A stretch of DNA of 39,520 nt from a virus: UHGV virus genome UHGV-0819691. The stretch is one strand, 5' to 3'. The notes under the pieces were generated by a model that saw only the letters and a program-made list of their open reading frames with translations, did not search any database and was not told the origin of the DNA. Position numbers and translations under genes: made by a program. Shown piece by piece: positions 1 to 8,365 of the stretch (within the stretch, counting starts at the first letter, position 1; the number at the start of each line of letters is the position of its first letter).

Positions 1-582
1 AGTTATATAACTGATGGCGACGGTAGTTCTTTAAGCATTAATGGTAGTGCGGGTAGTTCATGGGAGTTTAAAGTAGCTGGCAGGACTATGAAATTTACTA
101 GTGACGGTATGCTAACGTTGCCAGGTTGTTTTTTTGGTTCATGGGAAGATGGGAAACTTGCAAGGTTTGAACAATCAACGGTACAAGTATATAAAGATTT
201 TACTGTTAGAGGTACTAAAAACTCAACTGTACCGACAGAACATTATGGACAACGACTATTGAACGCTTATGAAACTCCAGAATATTATTTCGCTGATTAT
301 GGGGAAGCCGTCACAGGTGATGATGGTAAAGTTCGTGTTGATATTGACCCCATGTTTGCTGAGACAGTAAATCTAAGTCGATATATGACACATGTGACAC
401 CTACAGAACTAGTTTTGTGTGCTGTTACTCATGAAGATATTGACCATTTCATCATTGAAACTAGTAAGCCAAACGTATTAGTTAGATGGAATTTAGTGGC
501 ACACCGTCTAGGGTATGAAGATATTAGATTAAAAGAGGATACAGCATATGATAGCACAGTGCTTGACCAAAAACGTTTTTAA
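1..582 (+). CDS. C-terminal part of a phage tail structural protein (Tal-like, tail-associated) running in from the left edge
   Basis: Frame 1 is open from base 1 with no upstream stop; the annotated Met at 88 is internal. It immediately precedes the tail-fibre gene. Beta-rich composition. Confidence 0.45.
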   Translation, partial: SYITDGDGSSLSINGSAGSSWEFKVAGRTMKFTSDGMLTLPGCFFGSWEDGKLARFEQSTVQVYKDFTVRGTKNSTVPTEHYGQRLLNAYETPEYYFADYGEAVTGDDGKVRVDIDPMFAETVNLSRYMTHVTPTELVLCAVTHEDIDHFIIETSKPNVLVRWNLVAHRLGYEDIRLKEDTAYDSTVLDQKRF

Positions 583-605
583 AACGAAGACAAGGAGGTA
601 TATAA

Positions 606-2798
606 ATGGCTAGCAGTTTATATAATTTGGCTTTAGATTTCAGCAAAGAATTAAACTACACCAAAGCTATTATGGCTCGTCAAGGTGATAAAGGGATTAC
701 GGTGACTGTTAAACCGTTTCTAAATGGCTTGCAGATGGATACGAGTGGCGGAACATTTACTTTAAAAGGAACAACACCATCTAACCGTTACGTAGATAGT
801 GTGGCAACTAGTGTAACTAGTGAAGAAGTCACGTTTTCTCTTAATGGAACATTTATGAGTGAAGCAGGATATTATAAACACTGCTATGTAGAATATAGAA
901 AAGACAATCAAATTTTAACAACGCAAGATATCATTTTTTTCTCACTAGGAGTGTCTGACATTTCGCAAGGCCAAGCCGATGAATATGTTTCGCAATTAGA
1001 AGAGTTGATTCGAAAGTATAACGAAACTTTTGATGCTTTTATGGCTGAAATCGAAGGTAGAGTGGATAGCTTAAATCAACAGATTACTGATTTAACTGGT
1101 CAAGCTAAAACGCTACAAGACAAGTTAGATGCTCTGAAAGAAGAAATTTCTAAATTAGGTAACTTACAAGTGATGTACAGTAACAGCATCGACTTCGGGG
1201 GCTATGATTATTCGGGGAACCCTAATATTGCGCCTAATGTAGGTTTTAATGATTTTTACAACAATGGCTCTCAAACTGGTTACACCGCTAAAGATGGAGT
1301 AGACCACATTGCGGTTACAAGAACTGCAGATGCGCCTCCGGCTGGAAAACTATTAAACCTCCGCACATTGTTACCAAACAAAACTTATTCTCTCAGCGTT
1401 GATATATGGGCGGATATGGAAGTGCCATCTGGCGCGATATCTTGTAATATTCGATTAAGAGAGGGAACAGAAGTAAGGTCTGTTTGGGCGCTTATAAACA
1501 AACCTGTGGGTACCAATAGAACGACCTATAGCGTTACGTTTACTACAGCTGCTAATTTTGTGACTACAGAAGAGTCTAGAATATCTTTGTGGTTTAATGA
1601 TTCAGCTGGTGCATGTACAGGCTATTTAGGCTATAACATCAAAATCGAAGAAGGCTCAACAGCCACCCCGTACCAGCCTAACTTACTTGATGCACCATAT
1701 TATTTGAGTAAGATGGCTTTGGGAGAAAATATTGCTAATAAAACTATTAATTATCCTATTAAAACAAGTGCTTATGCAACATATACAGCTTCCAATATAG
1801 AAAATTATCAGGCTAACCAAACTTACACAGTAACTATGAAAGCTACTAAACCAGCTACACAAACTTTTGGTGTTTATATAAAAGGTGGAACTCTTGGTGT
1901 TGGTAATATGATACCAGTTGAAGGTAAAACAGACGAATGGTCATTATCTTTTACAGTTACACAAGCCCATATTAACGCAGGGGTAACTCATGACTTAAGT
2001 ATTTATCAATTGCCACAAGCTACAGTAGGAGCATGTCAAATTGACTGGCTCAAGATCGAAAAAGGGGACACCCGAACCCCGAATATTGAGCAATATAAAT
2101 ACCGAGGAATCGGTATGCGAGACTCAAACAACCCAAAAGATTATGTATGGGATCTAGCACCAGAATATGTCGAAGACAATCTTGCTACAGATGTTAAAAT
2201 TTCTGAAATCACAGGCAAAGCAAACAATTATACCGATGGGAAAGTATCGGAGATTAATTCGCAGTTGACAGCTTCAATTAATGAAGTTGATAAAAAAGTA
2301 ACTGCCAATACTTCTAAGATAGCCACTAACATAACTAACATTAAAACTATTAGTGATGCAATGCCACTATACGCTATTTACAGTGAAGGTAGAGACTTAA
2401 CAGATTCACCAGATGGGACAAAAATACCAATAGGGGCTCTTGTAGCTACGGACTTTGCTCACACAGCTAGTGATTTACCATATACGATAAGTAGGGATGG
2501 GATTACCTTAACCGCAACTAGAAACTGTGTTTTATTTTTCGAAGGTTCTGTAAAATTGCATGGAAACAATACGTTCAAATTTGCTTATGTAAAAATTAGA
2601 AAAAATGGAAGTGATACTAACTTTGCTAATGTAGGTAGTAGTGCCAATTTAAACTATATGACATCTCAAGCTGGTCAGTACGTTCACACTTTAGTCGCAG
2701 GAGATAAAGTAGAATTTACTTTAGGGATAGATGCCGCAGCAAAGATGTTCCATCTACAACTATTATCCTTAAAAATATCAGAAGTAAAACCTGTATAA
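606..2798 (+). CDS. Phage tail fibre / receptor-binding protein (730 aa) with coiled-coil segments
   Basis: Strong RBS AAGGAGG 8 nt upstream. Heptad-like coiled coil (residues ~120-190 and ~540-590) flanked by Thr/Asn/Tyr-rich beta regions. Sits between a Tal-like protein and the holin. Confidence 0.55.
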   Translation: MASSLYNLALDFSKELNYTKAIMARQGDKGITVTVKPFLNGLQMDTSGGTFTLKGTTPSNRYVDSVATSVTSEEVTFSLNGTFMSEAGYYKHCYVEYRKDNQILTTQDIIFFSLGVSDISQGQADEYVSQLEELIRKYNETFDAFMAEIEGRVDSLNQQITDLTGQAKTLQDKLDALKEEISKLGNLQVMYSNSIDFGGYDYSGNPNIAPNVGFNDFYNNGSQTGYTAKDGVDHIAVTRTADAPPAGKLLNLRTLLPNKTYSLSVDIWADMEVPSGAISCNIRLREGTEVRSVWALINKPVGTNRTTYSVTFTTAANFVTTEESRISLWFNDSAGACTGYLGYNIKIEEGSTATPYQPNLLDAPYYLSKMALGENIANKTINYPIKTSAYATYTASNIENYQANQTYTVTMKATKPATQTFGVYIKGGTLGVGNMIPVEGKTDEWSLSFTVTQAHINAGVTHDLSIYQLPQATVGACQIDWLKIEKGDTRTPNIEQYKYRGIGMRDSNNPKDYVWDLAPEYVEDNLATDVKISEITGKANNYTDGKVSEINSQLTASINEVDKKVTANTSKIATNITNIKTISDAMPLYAIYSEGRDLTDSPDGTKIPIGALVATDFAHTASDLPYTISRDGITLTATRNCVLFFEGSVKLHGNNTFKFAYVKIRKNGSDTNFANVGSSANLNYMTSQAGQYVHTLVAGDKVEFTLGIDAAAKMFHLQLLSLKISEVKPV

Positions 2799-2872
2799 AA
2801 TACTAATTTTGCTACCAACACGCTCAAAGGAGGGTGTTTTTATTGTGCAATGAAAGGGGTGAGTGATGAAGC

Positions 2873-3079
2873 ATGGATAAATTGTTGGAGTCGTTGCTTT
2901 CAAATCCTGAACAAATAAGTTTTGCAGTATTGTTTGTCGGCTTACTTGTTTGGGTAATGAAACAGAACAATACAAGAGAAGAACGGTATCAAGATACTAT
3001 CGACAAATTAACGAACGCTTTGGGTGATGTAGAGACAATCAAGAGTACCGTAGAGAAGATTCACGAGAAATTACAATAG
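2873..3079 (+). CDS. Holin-like small membrane protein (68 aa, single TM plus charged coiled C-terminus)
   Basis: Hydrophobic segment FAVLFVGLLVWVM followed by a charged tail. Located between tail fibre and lysin. Confidence 0.45.
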   Translation: MDKLLESLLSNPEQISFAVLFVGLLVWVMKQNNTREERYQDTIDKLTNALGDVETIKSTVEKIHEKLQ

Positions 3080-3198
3080 GAGAAATAAATGGACTAAACT
3101 GAACATTCAGATATAGAAAATCATTTGATGGATAAGTGCTACTTGATTTGAAAAATAGTACAAATTATTTGTTGGAATATATATTCTGTATGCTTTAA

Positions 3199-3227
3199 TT
3201 TGACGCTGCCAAATAATAAATTTATGT
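3199..3227 (+). promoter_or_regulatory. Sigma-A-like promoter (TTGACG-17-TATGTT) upstream of the membrane-protein moron
   Basis: -35 at 3199-3204, 17-nt spacer, -10 at 3222-3227, inside an AT-rich 180-nt gap after the holin. Confidence 0.35.
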
Positions 3228-3263
3228 TATACTAAGTTATATTTTGAAATAAAGAGGAGCTAA

Positions 3264-4622
3264 TTGTTTGGTATGATTAAAAAAATTAAGAGCGACAGAC
3301 ATTTATTTATTGTTTTATTTTGTATTTTTGTATTTATGCTTATTTTGAATAGTATGTCCCCTTTGGTACACGACGATTATTCTTATTTTGTAAAAACCTC
3401 AAGTATAAAAACAATTTTATCTGACGAATATCAACAATATATGACATGGACTGGTAGATCAGTAGTCCACGTTATTTTTCGCTTTTTTACTAAACTACCA
3501 AAAATATATTTTAATATATATAATTCTTGCATGTTTTCTATATTGGTTTATCAAATTATTATGTTTTCTTCCATAATAAAAGATCGGGCTACTAAAAATG
3601 TTTATCTAAAAGGGTTTATCATATTTTCATTAATGTGGATATTTACTCCAGCTTTCAATAATGTTTACTTGTGGATGGCTGGTTCTGTGAATTATCTCAC
3701 TGCAATGGTCATTATGTTATCTTTTATTCTGGTTTACCATCGATATATAACAGAATCTAAAGAACAAAATAATAGTTTTTTTAAGACAATAGGGATGCTT
3801 CTTTTGGGAATAATAGCTGGTTGGTGTAATGAAAATACCTCTGGAGGCACATTGTTCATTGTTGTAGCATATACTGCTCTTTCGTATTTTTATAAGAATA
3901 AAAAAATAGAAAAATGGATGATTGCTGGTATTGTTGGAAATATTGTAGGTTTTCTTTTTATGGTAATGGCACCTGGCAACGACATCAGGGCTACTTATTT
4001 TGATAGAAGTAATCTTTCAATCTTTTGGAAAATTCTTGATGCAATACCTGCAATCAGTCGTGCATTACAGGAAAATGCAATGTTTCCTCTAACGATAGCA
4101 TTAGCTTTGATTGTTTTATCATACTTAAATAGTAGTTTAACAATTAGTAATATTTTAAGTTCATTGTTTTTCGTTGGTGGCATATTGACAATAGGAGTTC
4201 TTACTATTTCTCCAACCGCGTTATCTTGGTCTAGGTCTTATTTTGGGGGGATTATTTTTATTTTCATATCTATAGTAATTAGTCTTTTTGAATTGCTAAC
4301 AAATTTTGATAAAATCAATAAAGTTGTTTTTTCTATGATCTTCAGTTATTTAATGATTAGTTTTTTATTACTTTTTTTCAATGGAACTGCTGACATATAT
4401 AAAAACTATGTAAGTTACAATAATCAAAATGAATCTATTAAAAGGCAAATTAAGAATGGTGAAATGGATATAGTTGTTCCACCATTAAATTACAAGCCAC
4501 AAACTATTTATCCAGTTTACAATGGTAATGATATTACTTCAGATAAAAATAATGAGAGAAATAGAAGTGTTGCTGCATATTGGGGAGTGGACTCTATTAG
4601 GGTAGAAGAAAAAGAAAAATAG
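3264..4622 (+). CDS. Polytopic membrane protein (452 aa, ~11-13 TM), GT-C-fold-like putative glycosyltransferase; lysogenic-conversion moron
   Basis: RBS AAGAGGAG. First TM is followed by an extracytoplasmic HDDYSY (DD motif), as in GT-C glycosyltransferases (ArnT/PMT/GtrC-like). Very AT-rich relative to neighbours, with its own promoter. Inserted between holin and endolysin. Confidence 0.4.
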   Translation: MFGMIKKIKSDRHLFIVLFCIFVFMLILNSMSPLVHDDYSYFVKTSSIKTILSDEYQQYMTWTGRSVVHVIFRFFTKLPKIYFNIYNSCMFSILVYQIIMFSSIIKDRATKNVYLKGFIIFSLMWIFTPAFNNVYLWMAGSVNYLTAMVIMLSFILVYHRYITESKEQNNSFFKTIGMLLLGIIAGWCNENTSGGTLFIVVAYTALSYFYKNKKIEKWMIAGIVGNIVGFLFMVMAPGNDIRATYFDRSNLSIFWKILDAIPAISRALQENAMFPLTIALALIVLSYLNSSLTISNILSSLFFVGGILTIGVLTISPTALSWSRSYFGGIIFIFISIVISLFELLTNFDKINKVVFSMIFSYLMISFLLLFFNGTADIYKNYVSYNNQNESIKRQIKNGEMDIVVPPLNYKPQTIYPVYNGNDITSDKNNERNRSVAAYWGVDSIRVEEKEK

Positions 4623-4746
4623 CAAAATCAAATATTTTTATTTTCATAATATATTAATGTTTAGACACGATTTATATCGTGTCTTTTTGTTTAAGTATAA
4701 TTTAGTTTTTGATAAAAAAACTAATAATTAAAGGAGTAGATGATCA

Positions 4747-5766
4747 ATGAAAAAGAAAATTACTATTACTGCGATGAGCCTATTAATGGCTCTTTTTTTA
4801 TTGCCAATTAATGGATTTGCCTATACGATCAACAATGAATTTAATTTAGGTGTAAATGAAGGTAGCTCACAAGTAGCAAATAATCAGTATATTTTACTGC
4901 ATGAAACGGCTAATGAAACAGCAACAGGACGCAATGAAGCGCAATATATGCAACGTTCATGGACTAGTGCTTATACTGCTTATATTGTGGGAGACGGTGG
5001 AATTGTTTACCAAGTTGGACAACCTGGTTATGTACAGTACGGTGCTGGTTCGTATGCTAATGCTAACAGTCCCGTGCAGATTGAGTTACAACACACACAT
5101 GATAAAGCGACGTTTGAGAAAAACTACAAGGCATACGTTGAATTGGCTAGATATTCAGCAATAAAATATGGTATTCCACTAACATTGGACACGCCTTATA
5201 ACCAACCAGGAATCAAATCGCATTTATGGGTAACACAAAATATTTGGGGCGATCATACAGATCCTTACGGTTATCTTTCTGAAATGGGCGTAAGTAAAGA
5301 AAAATTAGCATATGATTTAGCTCATGGATTTACCGATGAAAATCCGACAACTTCAGATGATAAACCAGTCATTGATCCAACTCGAGCAGGTGCTGCAAAT
5401 TCTACGCTGACAGATGGAACAAATTACGCCCACATTGATCAGTTTGGAGAAATCGAAAACGCAAACTTGCATGTGGCTGGATGGCACATTGCTAACTATA
5501 AATACGAGTATATTTTCATTATGGACTACAATACTGGGAAAGAATTAGCTCGAGTAAGAGCTGATGGAATTTATAGACCAGATGTAAACCAAGCTTATAA
5601 TACTTCTGGAAATGTTGGTTATCATGTATCTTTCAATATGCGTAATTTTCCTAATAAGAAAGTCTATGTAATGATGCGGGCAACGAATGATCCAGAAGGG
5701 AACACTAAAGGCGGAGCACAAGATTTTCATGATAAACGCTGGTATTTAAATATTCCGCAACGATAA
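4747..5766 (+). CDS. Endolysin: N-acetylmuramoyl-L-alanine amidase (Amidase_2 / T7-lysozyme fold) with an N-terminal signal peptide and a C-terminal cell-wall-binding region
   Basis: RBS AAAGGAG. N-terminus MKKKITITAMSLLMALFLLPINGFA is a Sec signal. Catalytic block LLHETAN...SPVQIELQHTHD...WGDHTDP aligns motif-by-motif with PlyG/T7 lysozyme (ITVHNTYN...ISVEICY...HQSWSGKYCPHR). Follows the holin. Confidence 0.75.
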   Translation: MKKKITITAMSLLMALFLLPINGFAYTINNEFNLGVNEGSSQVANNQYILLHETANETATGRNEAQYMQRSWTSAYTAYIVGDGGIVYQVGQPGYVQYGAGSYANANSPVQIELQHTHDKATFEKNYKAYVELARYSAIKYGIPLTLDTPYNQPGIKSHLWVTQNIWGDHTDPYGYLSEMGVSKEKLAYDLAHGFTDENPTTSDDKPVIDPTRAGAANSTLTDGTNYAHIDQFGEIENANLHVAGWHIANYKYEYIFIMDYNTGKELARVRADGIYRPDVNQAYNTSGNVGYHVSFNMRNFPNKKVYVMMRATNDPEGNTKGGAQDFHDKRWYLNIPQR

Positions 5767-5772
5767 AAAAAA

Positions 5773-5789
5773 GCCCCTCGATGAGGGGC
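5773..5789. terminator. GC-rich hairpin GCCCCTC-gat-GAGGGGC preceded by an A8 run; transcript boundary after the lysin
   Basis: 7-bp perfect stem. The A-run lies on the 5' side, so it is a classical terminator for leftward transcription and a weaker stop for the + strand. Confidence 0.4.
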
Positions 5790-6022
5790 GGTACTTGGAA
5801 TCATATATAACATTTTTGTTACAAATTTATTGTCATATAAATTAAAAAGTGTTGTTTTAATATCATAAACGTTTAACTTGAACTTACGTTCCCTATGTGT
5901 TAAAGTAACTCCATAATCCTCAAAGATTATATTTGCCGATGGAAGCCTTAGGACCCTTGTTTTTAAGGCTTTCTTTTGATTTAATTAAAAGGGCAAATAT
6001 ATTAATTTTGGAGGTAATTGTT

Positions 6023-6961
6023 ATGACAACAAAAACAAAAAATTTACATTTTTTTCGATTGGAATTATTGAGATTAACTGAAGATAGAAATGGAGATTCT
6101 GTGATGTCTCCACTAAGTATTAAGGAAAAAAATATATATTTAGATGATTTAGTTAAGAATCATTTAAATAGTAATAATGCCTTGAAAGTAAAAAGGTATG
6201 ATAGCAATTCAACAAAAGAAAAATTTGCTTCTGTTGAAATAATTACTTCAAATGAATATTATGTTTTTGGTAAGATGGGAAAAGAACAAGATATTAATCA
6301 ATTTCAAATTAGAAAAAACGATTCTTTAGAATCAAGGTTAATTTCGAAAGAATCTGATGAATTATTTGAAGCATTTTCATATTTCCTTATTGATAAAAAA
6401 ACTTTTGCTGTAACATATATTAAAGAAAAAGTGGCTCCAAACATTTCTTATTTAAGTGATATGTTTACACAAGAATTTAAAGATAGTAATAAAATATGGG
6501 GGAAAACAATTGTATTAATGGATGAAGATGCAATTGATAAACTAAGCCGAAAAAAAGTTATTGGTACTATTGAGTATGAATTAACTCTTCCAGCCGGTAC
6601 TCACAAAGAAATAACAGGTCTGAGTGAAGACGAATATATCTTATTACAAAATCAAAAACATATTAAAACATGTGTAAAATTAGTAACTGATAGCAGGAAG
6701 AATTCTGTGTTTGATAGTTATGAAAAAGCTAAAGAATTCTTTAGTAAATTTAAAAGTAAAAATATTAATCTTAAAGTAAAAGCTAAAGACGACGAAGATG
6801 ATATAATGCAAGAGTTCAAATTATTAAATGATAATTTTACAAAAAAAGCAAAATTTAATTATGATACAAGCAAAACTGCAAATGATTTGCAAGAAGAAAT
6901 TGAAAGTCAGATGTGGATTCAGTTCAAGAAAAACGAGTCGGATATATTGAGTTATATATAA
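6023..6961 (+). CDS. Hypothetical cytoplasmic protein (312 aa, Lys/Glu-rich, no TM); first gene of a two-gene moron
   Basis: RBS GGAGGT 7 nt before ATG 6023. The annotated 5933 start lacks an RBS. AT-rich. No recognisable catalytic motif. Confidence 0.5.
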   Translation: MTTKTKNLHFFRLELLRLTEDRNGDSVMSPLSIKEKNIYLDDLVKNHLNSNNALKVKRYDSNSTKEKFASVEIITSNEYYVFGKMGKEQDINQFQIRKNDSLESRLISKESDELFEAFSYFLIDKKTFAVTYIKEKVAPNISYLSDMFTQEFKDSNKIWGKTIVLMDEDAIDKLSRKKVIGTIEYELTLPAGTHKEITGLSEDEYILLQNQKHIKTCVKLVTDSRKNSVFDSYEKAKEFFSKFKSKNINLKVKAKDDEDDIMQEFKLLNDNFTKKAKFNYDTSKTANDLQEEIESQMWIQFKKNESDILSYI

Positions 6962-6979
6962 GGCAGGAGGGAATATCAA

Positions 6980-7426
6980 ATGGAGAGAAGGAGGAAGGAT
7001 CGAGACAAAATTAGTTGGGGAATAACTATTATAAGTATAATTATAGCTACTATAGTTTTTTTCTGCAGAAAAAAAGTAACTATACGAGAACTTGACGAAT
7101 TATATAACTTGCTTACTATAAATACTATATTTGCTGGTTTCTTATATTCCATGCTTGGCAATATGGTAGAATTTTCAATGAGACCTGAGGTTAAAGAAAG
7201 AGACAAAGCGGGATATATAGAATCTTACTTCTCACCTATATATTTTGGTTTATTTTTCTTTTTATTTTCTATAGTGATTGAAGTTTTACTAATATTTTTT
7301 AATTTTAAATTCTTTATGTCGTTTTTTATCTATGCCCAAACTTGTACCTCGTTAATAGGTATAGTATTTTTTATATATAGTACAATACGTTTAAGAAAAA
7401 TGATAAATAACGTTCGTAACCACTAA
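6980..7426 (+). CDS. Small membrane protein (148 aa, four predicted TM helices); second gene of the moron
   Basis: RBS AGGAGGG 6 nt upstream, 18 nt after the previous stop, so translationally coupled. TM segments near residues 13-30, 44-63, 86-108 and 122-135. Confidence 0.5.
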   Translation: MERRRKDRDKISWGITIISIIIATIVFFCRKKVTIRELDELYNLLTINTIFAGFLYSMLGNMVEFSMRPEVKERDKAGYIESYFSPIYFGLFFFLFSIVIEVLLIFFNFKFFMSFFIYAQTCTSLIGIVFFIYSTIRLRKMINNVRNH

Positions 7427-7436
7427 AAAAGACCTC

Positions 7437-7470
7437 AACCAATCATCCTTGGCTGAGGTTTTTTCATTTT
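7437..7470 (+). terminator. Rho-independent terminator closing the moron operon
   Basis: ACCTCAACC...GGCTGAGGT stem (one mismatch) followed by TTTTTTCATTTTTT. Confidence 0.55.
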
Positions 7471-7510
7471 TTCTGAAAAAGTTAAGCAAATAATAGACTA
7501 AAAAAAACTA

Positions 7511-7593
7511 TGTGAGATAATAAACATAGAAAAAAGCTTCAGATACCTCCTAACCCTAGAGTCTTTCCCCAAAAGATAAGTATCTGAAGCTTT
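7511..7593 (+). repeat. Hairpin element copy 1: TGTGAGATAATAA motif plus a 14-bp perfect stem with a 33-nt loop containing TCCCCAAAA, followed by a T-run
   Basis: Motif at 7511-7523. Stem AAAGCTTCAGATAC (7533-7546) pairs with GTATCTGAAGCTTT (7580-7593). A-run before and T-run after. Paralogous to 8056-8134. Confidence 0.5.
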
Positions 7594-7776
7594 TTCTTTT
7601 TATGACTTAGAAATAATAGCATAAAATAATATATTCTACAAAGAATAAGTACAACCTAGTTTTTTGCTATTAAATATGTAATAATAAAGATGCCACCGCA
7701 ACGTAAAGAATGAAAAAAATAATTTATCTTTTCTCAGGTCCATTCTTTTTGTTTGCAGGAGTTGTGGTGGCTTTCC

Positions 7777-7850
7777 GTACCCTTAACTCAGTTGGTTAGA
7801 GCAGACGGCTCATAACCGTCCGGTCGTAGGCTCGAGTCCTACAGGGTACA
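7777..7850 (+). tRNA. tRNA with CAT anticodon (elongator Met or Ile2-lysidine type), 74 nt, CCA not encoded
   Basis: Manual cloverleaf: acceptor GTACCCT/AGGGTAC; D-arm ACTC-AGTTGGTTA-GAGC (one A·C mismatch at the first D-stem pair); anticodon arm GACGG-CTCATAA-CCGTC; variable CGGTC; T-arm GTAGG-CTCGAGT-CCTAC; discriminator A. G1-C72 is paired, so not an initiator. Confidence 0.8.
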
Positions 7851-7925
7851 TTAATGTAGCCAATTGAATCGTTCTGTGTTAGAATTTTTTGAAGAGTATT
7901 ATACAAGCTAAAGCTTTTCTTCATT

Positions 7926-7949
7926 GCCACTCAAATGAGTGGCTTTTTT
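7926..7949 (+). terminator. Rho-independent terminator downstream of the tRNA
   Basis: GCCACTC-aaat-GAGTGGC followed by TTTTTT. Confidence 0.65.
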
Positions 7950-8055
7950 ATGTATCCTTTTATGGATTAATGAAAGGATGTTTCACATAGTTATACTTCT
8001 GTATATTTGAAAAGTTTTACTTTGATTTTTAAATAGAAAGACATTTGGGTTATAT

Positions 8056-8134
8056 TGTGAGATAATAATAAAGAAGAGTTTAAAGCGTTCCCCAAAAACC
8101 ACTCCCCAATAAGTGTGTTACGCTTTAAACTCTT
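8056..8134 (+). repeat. Hairpin element copy 2: TGTGAGATAATAA motif plus a 15-bp perfect stem with a 31-nt loop containing TCCCCAAAA, followed by a T-rich tract
   Basis: Motif at 8056-8068. Stem AAGAGTTTAAAGCGT (8074-8088) pairs with ACGCTTTAAACTCTT (8120-8134). Stem sequence is unrelated to copy 1, but the loop motif and leader are conserved. Confidence 0.5.
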
Positions 8135-8365
8135 TTATATTTGAAGCCATTAAAAAGCATACCATATAACTGTAAAAAATAATGGGAAAAAGACTTATAA
8201 TTGGAGTGATAGTTAATTAGTGACTTATTTTTGATTTTATAGCACTGATACTATAAAATATAGATATCATCATATTACACAATCTTAATACTAACTTAAA
8301 AAATATCTCCTTTCATAAGTATGGTGATAAAATCCGTTCCGGGCTACCTTTTTAGGTAGCCTACT

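Noticed and set aside
2778-2975. Minus-strand 65-aa ORF overlapping the tail-fibre end and holin start
   Set aside because: No RBS, antisense to two well-supported genes, Cys/Phe-rich low-complexity translation; spurious.
3995-5730. Short ORFs nested inside or antisense to the membrane protein and endolysin (3995-4183 -, 4901-5164 +, 5545-5730 -)
   Set aside because: Alternative-frame or antisense ORFs inside strongly supported genes, without RBS; typical AT-rich-frame artefacts.
5933-6022. Annotated start at 5933 for the moron's first gene
   Set aside because: No Shine-Dalgarno, and it overlaps the promoter-like region. ATG 6023 has a GGAGGT RBS at ideal spacing, so 6023 is preferred.
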